Source of the DNA: Rhodospirillales bacterium
Lineage (GTDB): Bacteria; Pseudomonadota; Alphaproteobacteria; CACIAM-22H2
DNA: 64,000 bases
Reading direction: 5' to 3'
NCBI GenBank assembly: GCA_016794005.1
Contig: JAEUKY010000207.1
Span: forward strand, 17,630-81,629
Shown here: positions 1-8,960 of the stretch, piece after piece
Layout of the letters: every line of letters starts with the position of its first letter
Position numbering within the stretch: the stretch's first letter is position 1
Notes under the pieces: generated by a model
Seen by the model: the letters and a program-made list of their open reading frames with translations, nothing else
What the model was told of the DNA's origin: nothing
Databases searched by the model: none
Program-made: the position numbers and the translations under genes

Positions 1-6
1 TGAAGT

Positions 7-786
7 TCACCGACCCGGCAGCGCGGGTACGGCGTCGAGGAGCTCCCGGCACTCGGGCGAACGCGGCGACCGGAAAACCGCATCGGCAGATCCGTTTTCG
101 ACGATGCGGCCGCGCGACATGACGACGACCCTGTCGGCAACCGCCCGCACGACTCCCATGTCGTGCGAGATGAAAAGGTACGCGATGCGTTCTTTCCGCT
201 GAAGATCGAGCAGAAGGTTGAGGATCTGTCCGCGAACCGAAACGTCGAGCGCCGACACCGGTTCGTCCAGCACGAGAATCGAAGGCTTCGTTGCCAGCGC
301 ACGCGCAATGGCCACGCGCTGGCGCTGGCCGCCGGAAATGCCGTGGACCGGGCGATCCGCGAACGCGTACGGAAGCCCGACGCGGTCGAGCAGCGCCGCG
401 ACCGCATCCGCCTGCCCGCCCGCCTCGACGAGCGAATGCACGCGCAACGGATCGGCAACGACGCTCCGGACGGTTCCTCGCGGATTGAGTGCCAGTGCGG
501 GATCCTGGAACACCATCTGGATGCGGCGTCGCTCCGCGCGGAGTTCGGCGCCGGCCAACCGACGGAAATCCCTTCCTCCGACATGGATCGTTCCCGCGTC
601 GAGTTCGACGAGGCGCAGGATCGCGCGGGCAAGCGTCGATTTGCCGCTGCCGGACGCGCCGACGACCGCAAGCGTCTCGCCAGCCGCAAGGTCGATGTCC
701 ACGCCGTCGAGCGCCGGCACGATCCGCCCGCCGGTGCGATAGGTCTTCGTCAAGCCTCGCGCCGTGAGGATCGATGGGGCGCTCAT
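7..786 (-). CDS. Dpp/Opp-family peptide ABC transporter ATP-binding protein (DppF-like)
   Basis: ORF 7..903 trimmed to the internal ATG at 786 (MSAPSILTARGLTK...), which overlaps the stop of the upstream ATPase gene (ATGA, 783-786). Walker A GASGSGKST, signature ISGGQRQR, Walker B ILVLDEP. Confidence 0.9.
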   Translation of the reverse strand: MSAPSILTARGLTKTYRTGGRIVPALDGVDIDLAAGETLAVVGASGSGKSTLARAILRLVELDAGTIHVGGRDFRRLAGAELRAERRRIQMVFQDPALALNPRGTVRSVVADPLRVHSLVEAGGQADAVAALLDRVGLPYAFADRPVHGISGGQRQRVAIARALATKPSILVLDEPVSALDVSVRGQILNLLLDLQRKERIAYLFISHDMGVVRAVADRVVVMSRGRIVENGSADAVFRSPRSPECRELLDAVPALPGR

Positions 787-1721
787 CGGAGCATTCCCGC
801 AGGCAGGATGCAGGCGGCGCCATCGTCGCGTGCGCCTGCCCATCCTGGCTCGGACCGATTGCAGGTCGCGACCGCGTGCCGGCAGCGCAGCGCAAAGCGG
901 CAACCGGGCAGCGCGAGTGCCGGGTCGGGCGGCTGTCCTTCGATCGCGTGCACGCGGGCGCCGCGCGGCACGTCGCGCCCGAGATGGCTCTCGAGCAGCG
1001 CCTTCGTGTAGGGATGCGCCGGATCGGAAAGGACCCGCTCGGCCGGCCCGGTTTCGGCCAGCCGCGCCGAATAGACGACCGCGATCCGCGTCCCGAGACC
1101 GGCGGCCAACGCGATGTCGTGCGTCACGAACACCAGCGTGAGACCGTTCGTGCGGCAGAGCCTGACGACGAGCTCGGCGAGCTTCTTCTGGACCACCGGA
1201 TCGAGCGCGCTTGTCGCTTCGTCGGCGATCAGCATCGACGGCCGCCCGGCCAACGCCAAGGCAAGCGCGATCCGCTGGCGCTGTCCGCCGGACAGCTCGT
1301 GCGGATAGGCGCGCGCGGTCCGGACGGGGTCCGGCAACTCGACCTGAGCGATCAGCTCGACGGCATTCACGTGCGGATCTGCGTCGCCGTGGGCGGCGGC
1401 GACCTCGGCGAGCTGGTCGCCAACCCGCATGACCGGATCTAGACTTCCCGAGGGGTCCTGAAAGACGTAGCCGACATCACGTCCCGGCTTCGGCGCACCG
1501 CCGAATGCCGGCCACTCGATCCGCCCTTCGACCGTCGAACCGGCCGGAAGCAATCCGGCCATCGCCAGCGCGAGCGTCGTCTTGCCGGACCCGCTCTCGC
1601 CGATCACAGCGAGCCTCTCGCCGCGCGCCAGCGATAGCGACACGCCGGCGATCGCGGCTGGCAAGCCGGCCGAATAGCGCACGCCGGCACCCGCCAGGCG
1701 GACGAGCACCTCCGCCGTCAT
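783..1721 (-). CDS. Dpp/Opp-family peptide ABC transporter ATP-binding protein (DppD-like)
   Basis: ORF 783..2237 trimmed to the ATG at 1721 (MTAEVLVRLAG...), which overlaps the stop of the upstream permease gene. Walker A GESGSGKTT, LSGGQRQR, MLIADEATSALD. Cys-rich oligopeptide-ABC C-terminal tail (PGCRFALRCRHAVATC). Confidence 0.9.
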   Translation of the reverse strand: MTAEVLVRLAGAGVRYSAGLPAAIAGVSLSLARGERLAVIGESGSGKTTLALAMAGLLPAGSTVEGRIEWPAFGGAPKPGRDVGYVFQDPSGSLDPVMRVGDQLAEVAAAHGDADPHVNAVELIAQVELPDPVRTARAYPHELSGGQRQRIALALALAGRPSMLIADEATSALDPVVQKKLAELVVRLCRTNGLTLVFVTHDIALAAGLGTRIAVVYSARLAETGPAERVLSDPAHPYTKALLESHLGRDVPRGARVHAIEGQPPDPALALPGCRFALRCRHAVATCNRSEPGWAGARDDGAACILPAGMLR

Positions 1722-2548
1722 TGGAAAGATCGCCGTCCGGCGAGCGCCGCAACGATTCCCTCGCCGGTCAGATGCACAGCAAGCACCGTCGAAAGCAGCG
1801 CCAGTCCGGGAACGATGGAAAGGTACGGCGCGCTGCGCAGGACGGTGCGGCCTTCCGCGATCAGGCCGCCCCACGTCACCCGGTTCGGGTCGCCAAGGCC
1901 GAGGAAAGACAACGCGGCTTCGGTGAGGATCGCGCCTGCGACGATAACGGAGGCGAGCGACACGACCGGCGGAAGCGCATGCGGCAGGACTTCGCGCCAC
2001 GCGATCTCGACCGGATGCATGCCGATCACGCGGGCAGCCGCGACGAAGTCGCGCTCCCGGATCGACAGCACTTCCGCCCGCACGACGCGCGCCGGTCCCG
2101 TCCAGGCGCCAAGCGCGATCGCGAACACGACCATCGGCAGCGAAGGGCCGACGACGCTGATGAAGGCGAGCGCCAGCAGGAATCCCGGGACCGTCTGGAA
2201 CGCTTCCGTGATCCGCATCAGGCTCTCGTCGATCCACCCGCCCGAAAGGCCGGCGGCGACGCCGACGGCGGCGCCAAGCAGGATCGCGACGAGGGCCGCA
2301 AACAGCCCGACCAGCATCGATGTACGAGCGCCATGCAGCAACCCCGCCAGCAGGTCGCGCCCCAGACGGTCGGTCCCGAGCGGCGTGGACCAGTCGACGA
2401 ACGGACGCACCAGCGGGCCGCCGACGATCGAGAGCGGATCCTCCGGGTAAGCGACCGGCGCAAAAACCGCGACGATCGCGAAAGAAAGCAGCAGTCCGGC
2501 GCCGACCACGCCATCCGGCGATCCCGCGAAGCGGCGCAGCGCGCTCAC
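1718..2548 (-). CDS. Dpp/Opp-family ABC transporter permease (DppC-like)
   Basis: C-terminal part of the read-through ORF 1718..3640. The GTG at 2548 overlaps the stop of the upstream permease (GTGA). Multi-TM hydrophobic profile and a conserved cytoplasmic-loop region (SIRERDFVAAARVIGMHPVEIAWREVLPHALPP). Confidence 0.85.
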   Translation of the reverse strand: MSALRRFAGSPDGVVGAGLLLSFAIVAVFAPVAYPEDPLSIVGGPLVRPFVDWSTPLGTDRLGRDLLAGLLHGARTSMLVGLFAALVAILLGAAVGVAAGLSGGWIDESLMRITEAFQTVPGFLLALAFISVVGPSLPMVVFAIALGAWTGPARVVRAEVLSIRERDFVAAARVIGMHPVEIAWREVLPHALPPVVSLASVIVAGAILTEAALSFLGLGDPNRVTWGGLIAEGRTVLRSAPYLSIVPGLALLSTVLAVHLTGEGIVAALAGRRSFQ

Positions 2549-3531
2549 GCCGCCGTCTCCGGCCCTGCGCCGACGCGCGGATCGAGCCAGGCGTAGAGCA
2601 GGTCGACAGCCAGATTCGCCGCGATCACGACGACGGCACCGACGAGGATCACGCCGAGCAGCAGCGGCGTGTCGCGCTGCGCCACCGCCTCGTGCGCCAG
2701 CCTGCCGAGACCGGGTACCGCGAACACGCTTTCGATGACCACGCTTCCGCCGAGCATCGACGCCGCCTGCAGCCCCAGCATCGTGACCAGCGGCAGCAAT
2801 GCGTTCCGCGCGATGTGCCGCCAGACGACCTGCCGGCGCGGCAGACCGCGCGCCAAGGCGGCGCGCACGAAATCGTGCCGCCACGTCTCGATCATTCCGG
2901 CGCGCATCATCCGCAGATACAGCGCAAGATAAACCATGCCGAGGGCCGCGACCGGCAGCACGAGATGGCGCGCGATATCGCCGGCCCGTTCCAGCCCCTG
3001 CTTGCCGGACGCGATCGTTTCGATCCCGCCGCTGGGCAGCAGCCGAAGCTGGACGGCGAACACGACGATCAGCACGAGCCCGAGCCAGAATCCCGGGATG
3101 GCATAGATCGCCAGCGATCCGAGCGACAGTGCGCGGTCGACCGCGCTTCCGGGGCGGTTCGCGGCAACGATGCCCAGTATCGATCCGGCACCGAAGGCAA
3201 GCGCGATCGCCGTTCCCATCAGAAGCAGCGTGTTGGGCAGGCGTTCCAGAACCACCTCGACGACGGGGCGCGAGAACGCCACGGACCATCCGAGATCGAA
3301 ACGCGCCAGGGAAGAGACGAACAGCGCCAGCCGCGCCCAAGCACTCCGATCCAGTCCCCAGTCGCGGCGGAGCTGATCGGCAAGCCCCCGGTCGCCGCCC
3401 GTCGAGACGAGGTACGCGTCGACGGCATCGCCACTCGAGGCTTCCAGAAGGAAGAAAGTGCCGACGATAACGATCGCTAGAACCGGGACGACACCGAGCA
3501 GCCGCCGCGAAACCAGCCGCGCCCCACGCAT
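2545..3531 (-). CDS. Dpp/Opp-family ABC transporter permease (DppB-like)
   Basis: ORF 2545..3630 trimmed to the ATG at 3531 (MRGARLVSRRLLGVVPVLAIVIVGTFFLLE...), which shares 1 nt with the stop of the binding-protein gene. Typical DppB N-terminus and TM pattern. Confidence 0.85.
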   Translation of the reverse strand: MRGARLVSRRLLGVVPVLAIVIVGTFFLLEASSGDAVDAYLVSTGGDRGLADQLRRDWGLDRSAWARLALFVSSLARFDLGWSVAFSRPVVEVVLERLPNTLLLMGTAIALAFGAGSILGIVAANRPGSAVDRALSLGSLAIYAIPGFWLGLVLIVVFAVQLRLLPSGGIETIASGKQGLERAGDIARHLVLPVAALGMVYLALYLRMMRAGMIETWRHDFVRAALARGLPRRQVVWRHIARNALLPLVTMLGLQAASMLGGSVVIESVFAVPGLGRLAHEAVAQRDTPLLLGVILVGAVVVIAANLAVDLLYAWLDPRVGAGPETAA

Positions 3532-5165
3532 CAGGCGTCGAGCCAAACGTCGGCCCAGTTCGAGACGGCCCAGCGCGGGTTGGTATCGACGTTCCGCAGC
3601 CGGCTGCTCGCGACGGACGTGAAGCCCCATTCCGCGACATTGACGAACGGAACGTCCGCGAGAACCTTGCGCTGGAACTCGTGATAGAGGCCCGTGCGGG
3701 CCTTCTCGTCGAGCATACCGGCCGCCCGCGCGATCAGCGCATCCATCTCGGCGGACTGGTATCCGCCCTGGTTCGCGAATGGAACACCGGCCGGCAGGCC
3801 GCCTTGCGCGAGGATCGTCGTCGAAATCGCGGGATCACCCCGGTAGACCGGGGAACCGACGGAGAGATCGAAAGCGTGATCGGTATAGACGGCCTTCAGA
3901 TGCGCCGCCGCGTCGTTGTTGACGAGTTCGGCTTCGATCCCGATCGCAGCGAGCGCCTGGCGCAGGTACGCGCCGAACTGCCGTGTCTCGTTGAAGAACG
4001 GTGCCGGCAGCAGGCGCAGCTTGAAACGCGTACCCCCTGCGGCACGCCGGTAGCCCGCTTCGTCGAGCAGCGCGTTGGCGCGCGCGACGTCGAAGCCCGG
4101 CGCATTCAAACCGGGCGCGTGGAACTGCCCGTCGTATTTCGGGACCGGACTGTCGGAAGCGGTCGCATAGCCGAGGAAGACCGTTTTCACGACGAAATCC
4201 CGGTCGATCGCGTGCGCGATCGCACGGCGCACGCGCACGTCCGCAAGCTCGGGCCGCCGATGGTTGATTTCGACGATCAACTGGTAGGTCAGCGCCTCGT
4301 AACCCTTCGTGACGACCGACAGGCCACGCACCGAGCCGATACGAGGCAGGTCCGCGAGCGGCACCTGCGAGAATGCCGCGAGATGGACCTCGCCGGCTTC
4401 GAGTGCTCCGGCGGCTGCGGCCCGGTCGGGCAGTACGCGGAACACGATTTCGTCGAGATGCGGCTGTCCCGCCGCCCAGTAAGCCGGGTTGCGGACTAGG
4501 CGCGTGTACTCGCCGGGCTTCGTTTCGGCAAAACGGAACGGCCCGGTTCCGACGGGCGCGGCATTCGCGCGGTTGGCCCCGATATCCGTCCCTTCGTAGA
4601 CGTGCTTTGGCACGACGGCCGTCAGCGCCGGCAGCGCGTTGCGGATCAGCTGGAACGGCGTCGGCCGGGAAAAGCGGAACACCGCCGTCAGCAGATCCGG
4701 CGTGTCGACAGCGGCGAGGTCCTTGAAGACGACCCGGCCGAGATTCTGGAGTTTCTTCCAGATTTCGAGGGCGGAGAACGCGACGTCCGCCGATGTGAAC
4801 GGCTTTCCGTCGTGCCAGGTCACGTTCGGACGCAGGCGGAAGGTGGCCGAAAGGCCGTCGGCCGATCCGGCCCAGGATAGGGCCAGTCGCGGCGCCAGTC
4901 CGTCGGGCGTTCCGAACGCCGCTTCGGCCAGCGGCTCGACAATTTTCGAAGAAACGTGGAAGACGCCGTTCGACGCGACGATCGCCGGATTGATGTTGCG
5001 CGGTTCGGAATCGGCCGCCACGACGAGCCGGCCGCCGCGGCGCGGCGTCTGCGCAAATGCGGCTTGGCCGACGACGGCCGAGGCGGCAAGTGCCGCCGCG
5101 CTCGACAGCAGCGTACGGCGGTGGATCGCGTCGTGGGATTTCACGATCTCGTGCAGCGTCTTCAT
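3531..5165 (-). CDS. ABC transporter substrate-binding protein, family 5 (peptide/nickel type)
   Basis: 544-aa ORF. RR-type signal peptide (AIHRRTLLSSAAALAASAVVGQAAFAQ). Family-5 SBP length and motifs. First gene of a 5-gene minus-strand operon with overlapping junctions. Confidence 0.9.
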   Translation of the reverse strand: MKTLHEIVKSHDAIHRRTLLSSAAALAASAVVGQAAFAQTPRRGGRLVVAADSEPRNINPAIVASNGVFHVSSKIVEPLAEAAFGTPDGLAPRLALSWAGSADGLSATFRLRPNVTWHDGKPFTSADVAFSALEIWKKLQNLGRVVFKDLAAVDTPDLLTAVFRFSRPTPFQLIRNALPALTAVVPKHVYEGTDIGANRANAAPVGTGPFRFAETKPGEYTRLVRNPAYWAAGQPHLDEIVFRVLPDRAAAAGALEAGEVHLAAFSQVPLADLPRIGSVRGLSVVTKGYEALTYQLIVEINHRRPELADVRVRRAIAHAIDRDFVVKTVFLGYATASDSPVPKYDGQFHAPGLNAPGFDVARANALLDEAGYRRAAGGTRFKLRLLPAPFFNETRQFGAYLRQALAAIGIEAELVNNDAAAHLKAVYTDHAFDLSVGSPVYRGDPAISTTILAQGGLPAGVPFANQGGYQSAEMDALIARAAGMLDEKARTGLYHEFQRKVLADVPFVNVAEWGFTSVASSRLRNVDTNPRWAVSNWADVWLDA

Positions 5166-5297
5166 CGGATTGGCCTCCGGCCGCGTCGGGTGGCTTGGAT
5201 CGTCGGTGGAACCGGGTTGCCATGCTATTCGCCCGTCACCGGAGGCTTCAAGTATCGTTTGCCCTGCGATTGTCCCCCTTGTCTCCGTCCCGCTCCG

Positions 5298-5942
5298 TCA
5301 GTTTGGCGAGCGCCTTGCCCGTATCCATTCGGCAACCGTGGCCCGATAGGGCCCAATGACCGTCTCGAAGGCCGGATGGGCCCTTGATGCCGCCTGCCAG
5401 CGCAACGTCCGCCGTCCGAAGTCCGGCTTCCAGTCGAACAGCGGCATGAACGCTTCGATGATCGCGAAAGTCGCCGGATATGCGCAATCGGCAAGGCCTG
5501 GCCGGGAGCCGATCGCGAACGGCCCCTCCGCATCGAGATTCGCCTCGATCGCGTCCAGCTTCGCCTGGATGGCCGCCGCAGCGCCGCCGGCCATTCGCCC
5601 GGCCTGTACGTCGGCAAACAATGCGCGAACCCGCGGTTCGAGATGGAGGTCGTGCAGACGACCGAGGAGCCGCGCGCGTGCGCGCGCCTTCGGATCGACG
5701 GGCAGCAGTTGCGGGTCGGGAAACACCTCTTCCAGATACTCGAGGATCGTATCGGATTCGGCGAGCACGAAGTCGCCGTCGACGATTGCCGGAATCGTTC
5801 CGCTCGGGACGATGGCGCGGTACTCCGCGCTCCGGTAAGTCCCGCCGGGCGGCTCGCGGACGTCGATCGTCCTCCCCTTCAGGGCGAGGCACAGGCGGAC
5901 CTTCGCGCAATAGCTGGACAACGGAACGGCATAGAGGATCAT
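5298..5942 (-). CDS. Glutathione S-transferase family protein
   Basis: ORF 5298..6035 trimmed to the ATG at 5942 ([23 protein letters not shown]...). N-terminal thioredoxin-like GST segment ([25 protein letters not shown]) followed by a helical C-terminal domain. Confidence 0.85.
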   Translation of the reverse strand: MILYAVPLSSYCAKVRLCLALKGRTIDVREPPGGTYRSAEYRAIVPSGTIPAIVDGDFVLAESDTILEYLEEVFPDPQLLPVDPKARARARLLGRLHDLHLEPRVRALFADVQAGRMAGGAAAAIQAKLDAIEANLDAEGPFAIGSRPGLADCAYPATFAIIEAFMPLFDWKPDFGRRTLRWQAASRAHPAFETVIGPYRATVAEWIRARRSPN

Positions 5943-6013
5943 TGCGGGAACCTTCGGTGCGGCATTTCGGCCATCGTACGCCGGCCTCCGTCGGAGAATC
6001 AAAGGAGCGTTCG

Positions 6014-6787
6014 ATGCGATTGGAACTCCAGACATGGCCGAAGATCGAGGCCTATCTCGCCCGGTCGAAGGGCATCCTCGTGCCGCTTGGTTCGACCGAA
6101 CAGCACGGCCCCGACGGGCTTCTCGGCACCGACCATCTATGCCCGGAAGCGATCGCCCGTCGTCTCGGCGAGCGCGACGGCATCCTCGTGGCGCCGACGA
6201 TCCAGATCGGAATGTCCCAGTTCCATCTGGATTTCCCGGGCACGCTTTCCCTGCGCCCCTCGACGCTGATGTCGGTCGTCCAAGACTATATCGCCTCGCT
6301 CGCGCGTACGGGCTTCGAGCGGATCTACTTCATCAACGGTCATGGCGGCAATGTCGCCCCTGCCCGCGCGGCATTCCAGGAATACTACGCGACGCTATCG
6401 ATGGCCGCGCGCGACGCCGACGTGCGCGTGCGCTGCAAGCTTCGGAGCTGGTGGGACCTGCCTCGCGTGGATGCCCGGCGAAAGGCGCTCTACGGCGCCG
6501 GCGAGGGGTTCCACGGCACGCCATCGGAAATCGCCCTCACGCTGGCGGCCCATCCCGCCTCCATCGCCGAGTTCGAGCGCGCACCGCCAGCGTCGCACGG
6601 CCGCAACGACCTTATCGAGCATTCGGGTGACAACTACTTCGAGGCCGCCGACTATCGTCGGCGCTTTCCGGACGGCCGCGTGATTTCGGACTCCGCCCGC
6701 GCGACGAAGGCGGCGGGCGAGGAACTTCTCGAACTGGCCGTCGAGGACCTGGCGGACGATTTCACGCGCTTCCTAGAATTCGCCTGA
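6014..6787 (+). CDS. Creatininase-family amidohydrolase
   Basis: Part of ORF 5480..6787. ATG at 6014 is preceded by AAAGGAG (6001-6007). Creatininase-family motif [12 protein letters not shown] and INGHGGN. Confidence 0.85.
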   Translation: MRLELQTWPKIEAYLARSKGILVPLGSTEQHGPDGLLGTDHLCPEAIARRLGERDGILVAPTIQIGMSQFHLDFPGTLSLRPSTLMSVVQDYIASLARTGFERIYFINGHGGNVAPARAAFQEYYATLSMAARDADVRVRCKLRSWWDLPRVDARRKALYGAGEGFHGTPSEIALTLAAHPASIAEFERAPPASHGRNDLIEHSGDNYFEAADYRRRFPDGRVISDSARATKAAGEELLELAVEDLADDFTRFLEFA

Positions 6788-6794
6788 ATGTGCC

Positions 6795-7607
6795 TCAGCC
6801 GCGATAGAGCGTCAGGTTCCAGCGCTTGGCGAGGTCGGCGAAGAATCCCGATGTCTGGTGCAGCATGACCCAGTTGTTCATGAAATTGAGGAAGATCGGG
6901 TCGTCGACCGGCACCATGAAGCAGAGGGGAATCGTGTTGCGGGCCTGATCCGCGAGGATCATCTGCAACTGCGGATATTCGCGCTGGAGATGCGAGCCTT
7001 CTACGAGACTCGTGATCGTCACGTTCACGCGCCCTGCGAGCAGTTCCTGGAAGTCCCGGACGGGCGATTCCACACGCCGGATCGCGGCATTCGGAAGCGC
7101 GCCGCGCGCGAACTGTTCCATCGTCGTGCCGAGATTGAACGCGACGGTCACGCTCGGCTGGTTCAGCGCGTCCCAACTGGTGAATCTGGCAGCCTCGTCG
7201 CGGCGGACAAGCGGCGCAAACGCGTTGATACCCCAGGGATTGGTGAACGCGGCAGCCTTCATCCGCGCGACGGACACCGACGTTCCCGTGGCGACGATGT
7301 CGTACTGGTTCGCGGTAAGGCCGTTGATGAGCGTCGGCCATGTCGTAGGAACCCATTCGAGCTTCACGGCGAGCTCGTCGGCCAGCTTCTTCATGCAGTC
7401 AATCTGGTGGCCTGCGAGCTCGCGCGTCGCGGGGTCGCGGAAACTCATCGGATTGAAGTCGCCCGTCGTGCCGGCGCGCAGCACGCCGTTCTGCTGGATC
7501 GTCTGCAGGCGCGAGCGCGACGTCGCCTGCGCATGCGCCTCGCCCATCGCGAGCTGGACGAGAGCGGGAGCGGTCAGGCCGGCGGCGATCAGGGAACGGC
7601 GATCCAT
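6795..7607 (-). CDS. Polar amino acid ABC transporter substrate-binding protein (family 3)
   Basis: ORF 6795..7712 trimmed to the ATG at 7607 (MDRRSLIAAGLTAPALVQLAMGEAHAQ, RR signal), preceded by GGAAGGAG. Family-3 SBP length of about 270 aa. Confidence 0.85.
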   Translation of the reverse strand: MDRRSLIAAGLTAPALVQLAMGEAHAQATSRSRLQTIQQNGVLRAGTTGDFNPMSFRDPATRELAGHQIDCMKKLADELAVKLEWVPTTWPTLINGLTANQYDIVATGTSVSVARMKAAAFTNPWGINAFAPLVRRDEAARFTSWDALNQPSVTVAFNLGTTMEQFARGALPNAAIRRVESPVRDFQELLAGRVNVTITSLVEGSHLQREYPQLQMILADQARNTIPLCFMVPVDDPIFLNFMNNWVMLHQTSGFFADLAKRWNLTLYRG

Positions 7608-7647
7608 GCGAAATCTCCTTCCGGAAAACGATATGACAGTCTTGACT

Positions 7648-7666
7648 TTGACCCCCGTGGGGTCAA
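7648..7666. promoter_or_regulatory. Perfect 8-bp-arm palindrome TTGACCCC-CGT-GGGGTCAA in a divergent intergenic region
   Basis: Read directly: TTGACCCC at 7648-7655, loop CGT, GGGGTCAA at 7659-7666. A third TTGAC lies at 7642-7646. It sits between the SBP start (7607, minus) and the ridA start (7721, plus). Confidence 0.4.
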
Positions 7667-7720
7667 GCCTGTCCTGCATTTCGCAGGCCATTGCGAGCAC
7701 TTTCACGCGCACGGATTTTC

Positions 7721-8113
7721 ATGACCGCAAGACGCAATCTCATCACCAACCGCCCCTGGGAAGCGCAATGCGGGTTCGCCCGCGCGGTGCGGATCGGCAA
7801 CCTGATCGAGACGAGCCTCTGCTCGCCGGCCGACGACAGCGGCAGCATCCAGTTTCCCGGCGACGTCTATCGCCAGACCCAAGTGTGCCTCGGCATAATC
7901 GGAGGCTTTCTGCGCGAACTCGGGATGGACTATGCGGACGTAATCAAGACGCGCATCTACCTCGCCGATCCGCCGCGCTGGGTCGATGCCGGCAAGGCGC
8001 ATGCCGAAATTTTCGGCAGCATCCGCCCCGCACTCGGCTTCGTCTACATGAGTGGCTTCTTCCATCCCGACATTGCCGTCGAGGTCGAATGCACCGCCTA
8101 TCGACCGGACTGA
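7721..8113 (+). CDS. RidA/YjgF/L-PSP family protein
   Basis: ORF 7691..8113. ATG at 7721 is preferred (MTARRNLITNRPWE...), but no clear SD, so the start is uncertain. YjgF-family C-terminal pattern (DVIKTRIYLAD...IAVEVECTAY). Confidence 0.75.
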   Translation: MTARRNLITNRPWEAQCGFARAVRIGNLIETSLCSPADDSGSIQFPGDVYRQTQVCLGIIGGFLRELGMDYADVIKTRIYLADPPRWVDAGKAHAEIFGSIRPALGFVYMSGFFHPDIAVEVECTAYRPD

Positions 8114-8949
8114 CCGCGTTACCGCTGCTGCTTCTTTCCGGCTGCGGTGGCGGAGGCGGCTTCACGTGGGGCTGGCACGTCATCTCGCCCTCGACCGTGC
8201 AGGGCCAGACGAATCTCGGATTCCTGATCGAGGGCTTCCAGTCGACGGTGCTTCTGTCGCTTGCCACTCTCTGTGTCTCGATGTTGCTCGGCATGATCGT
8301 GGCCCTGCTCGGCATGTCGGGGTGGACACCTTTCGCCAGGCTTTTCCCCGCTTTCGACATGAGTTCGGGCCGCCCAGTGAGGGCCACGAGCTTTGCCGGC
8401 TGGCTATCGCGCTGGCGGCCGCTCGGCTGGATCAACCGGGGATATGTCGAGATTTTCCGGTCGATCCCGATCCTGGTGATGCTGCTGTGGGTCTTCTACG
8501 GCGTGCCGACGCTGACGGGCCTGCAGCTCGGCGTCTTCGGGGCAAGCCTTGTCGCGATCGCCGTGTGCGACAGCGCGTTCGAAGCCGAGATCTTCCGTGC
8601 AGGCATTCAGTCAATCGAACGCGGGCAACGCGAGGCCGCACGCGCGCTCGGCCTGCATCCTTGGCAGGAGATGCGGCTTGTCGTGCTTCCGCAAGCGATA
8701 CGCCGCATCCTTCCACCGCTCGCGAACCAGTTCATCTACATCGTCAAGATGTCGTCGCTCGCTTCCGTGATCGGACTGGGCGAACTGACGCGCAAGGCAA
8801 ACGAGCTGAACGTCACCGTCTTCCGGCCGCTCGAGATATACACGTTCCTCGTGCTCGAATATCTCGTTCTGATCCTGCTGATCTCGGCGCTCGTTCGCCG
8901 GCTCGAGCGCCATCTCGGCTCCGACGAAAGCCGAAGCAACGAGCGCTGA
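8089..8949 (+). CDS. Polar amino acid ABC transporter permease (His/Glu/Gln/Arg/opine family)
   Basis: Part of ORF 7012..8949. The first in-frame ATG at 8089 overlaps ridA by 25 nt. Conserved permease core (YVEIFRSIPILVMLLWVFYG, EAARALGLHPWQEMRLVVLPQAIRRILPPLANQFI). The exact start is uncertain. Confidence 0.8.
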   Translation: MHRLSTGLTALPLLLLSGCGGGGGFTWGWHVISPSTVQGQTNLGFLIEGFQSTVLLSLATLCVSMLLGMIVALLGMSGWTPFARLFPAFDMSSGRPVRATSFAGWLSRWRPLGWINRGYVEIFRSIPILVMLLWVFYGVPTLTGLQLGVFGASLVAIAVCDSAFEAEIFRAGIQSIERGQREAARALGLHPWQEMRLVVLPQAIRRILPPLANQFIYIVKMSSLASVIGLGELTRKANELNVTVFRPLEIYTFLVLEYLVLILLISALVRRLERHLGSDESRSNER

Positions 8950-8960
8950 CCTCTCCCGGC

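Noticed and set aside
1718-3640. 640-aa ORF that could be read as one large protein
   Set aside because: Only the C-terminal 276 aa look like a permease. The N-terminal part is an off-frame read-through of the neighbouring DppB-like gene (2545..3531). The same trimming logic was applied to ORFs 28163..30067, 9574..11088, 5480..6787, 7012..8949, 11862..13901, 13808..15778, 17959..19719, 19059..20774, 24470..26134, 42997..44724, 44091..46034, 53281..54750, 56859..58775 and 60246..61865.
6014-6787. Creatininase-family gene plus the creatinase-fold M24 gene (22764..23984) as a creatinine degradation pathway
   Set aside because: The M24 protein retains all five metal-ligand contexts typical of peptidases, which true creatinases lack. 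The genes are about 16 kb apart in unrelated operons, and no sarcosine oxidase is present.
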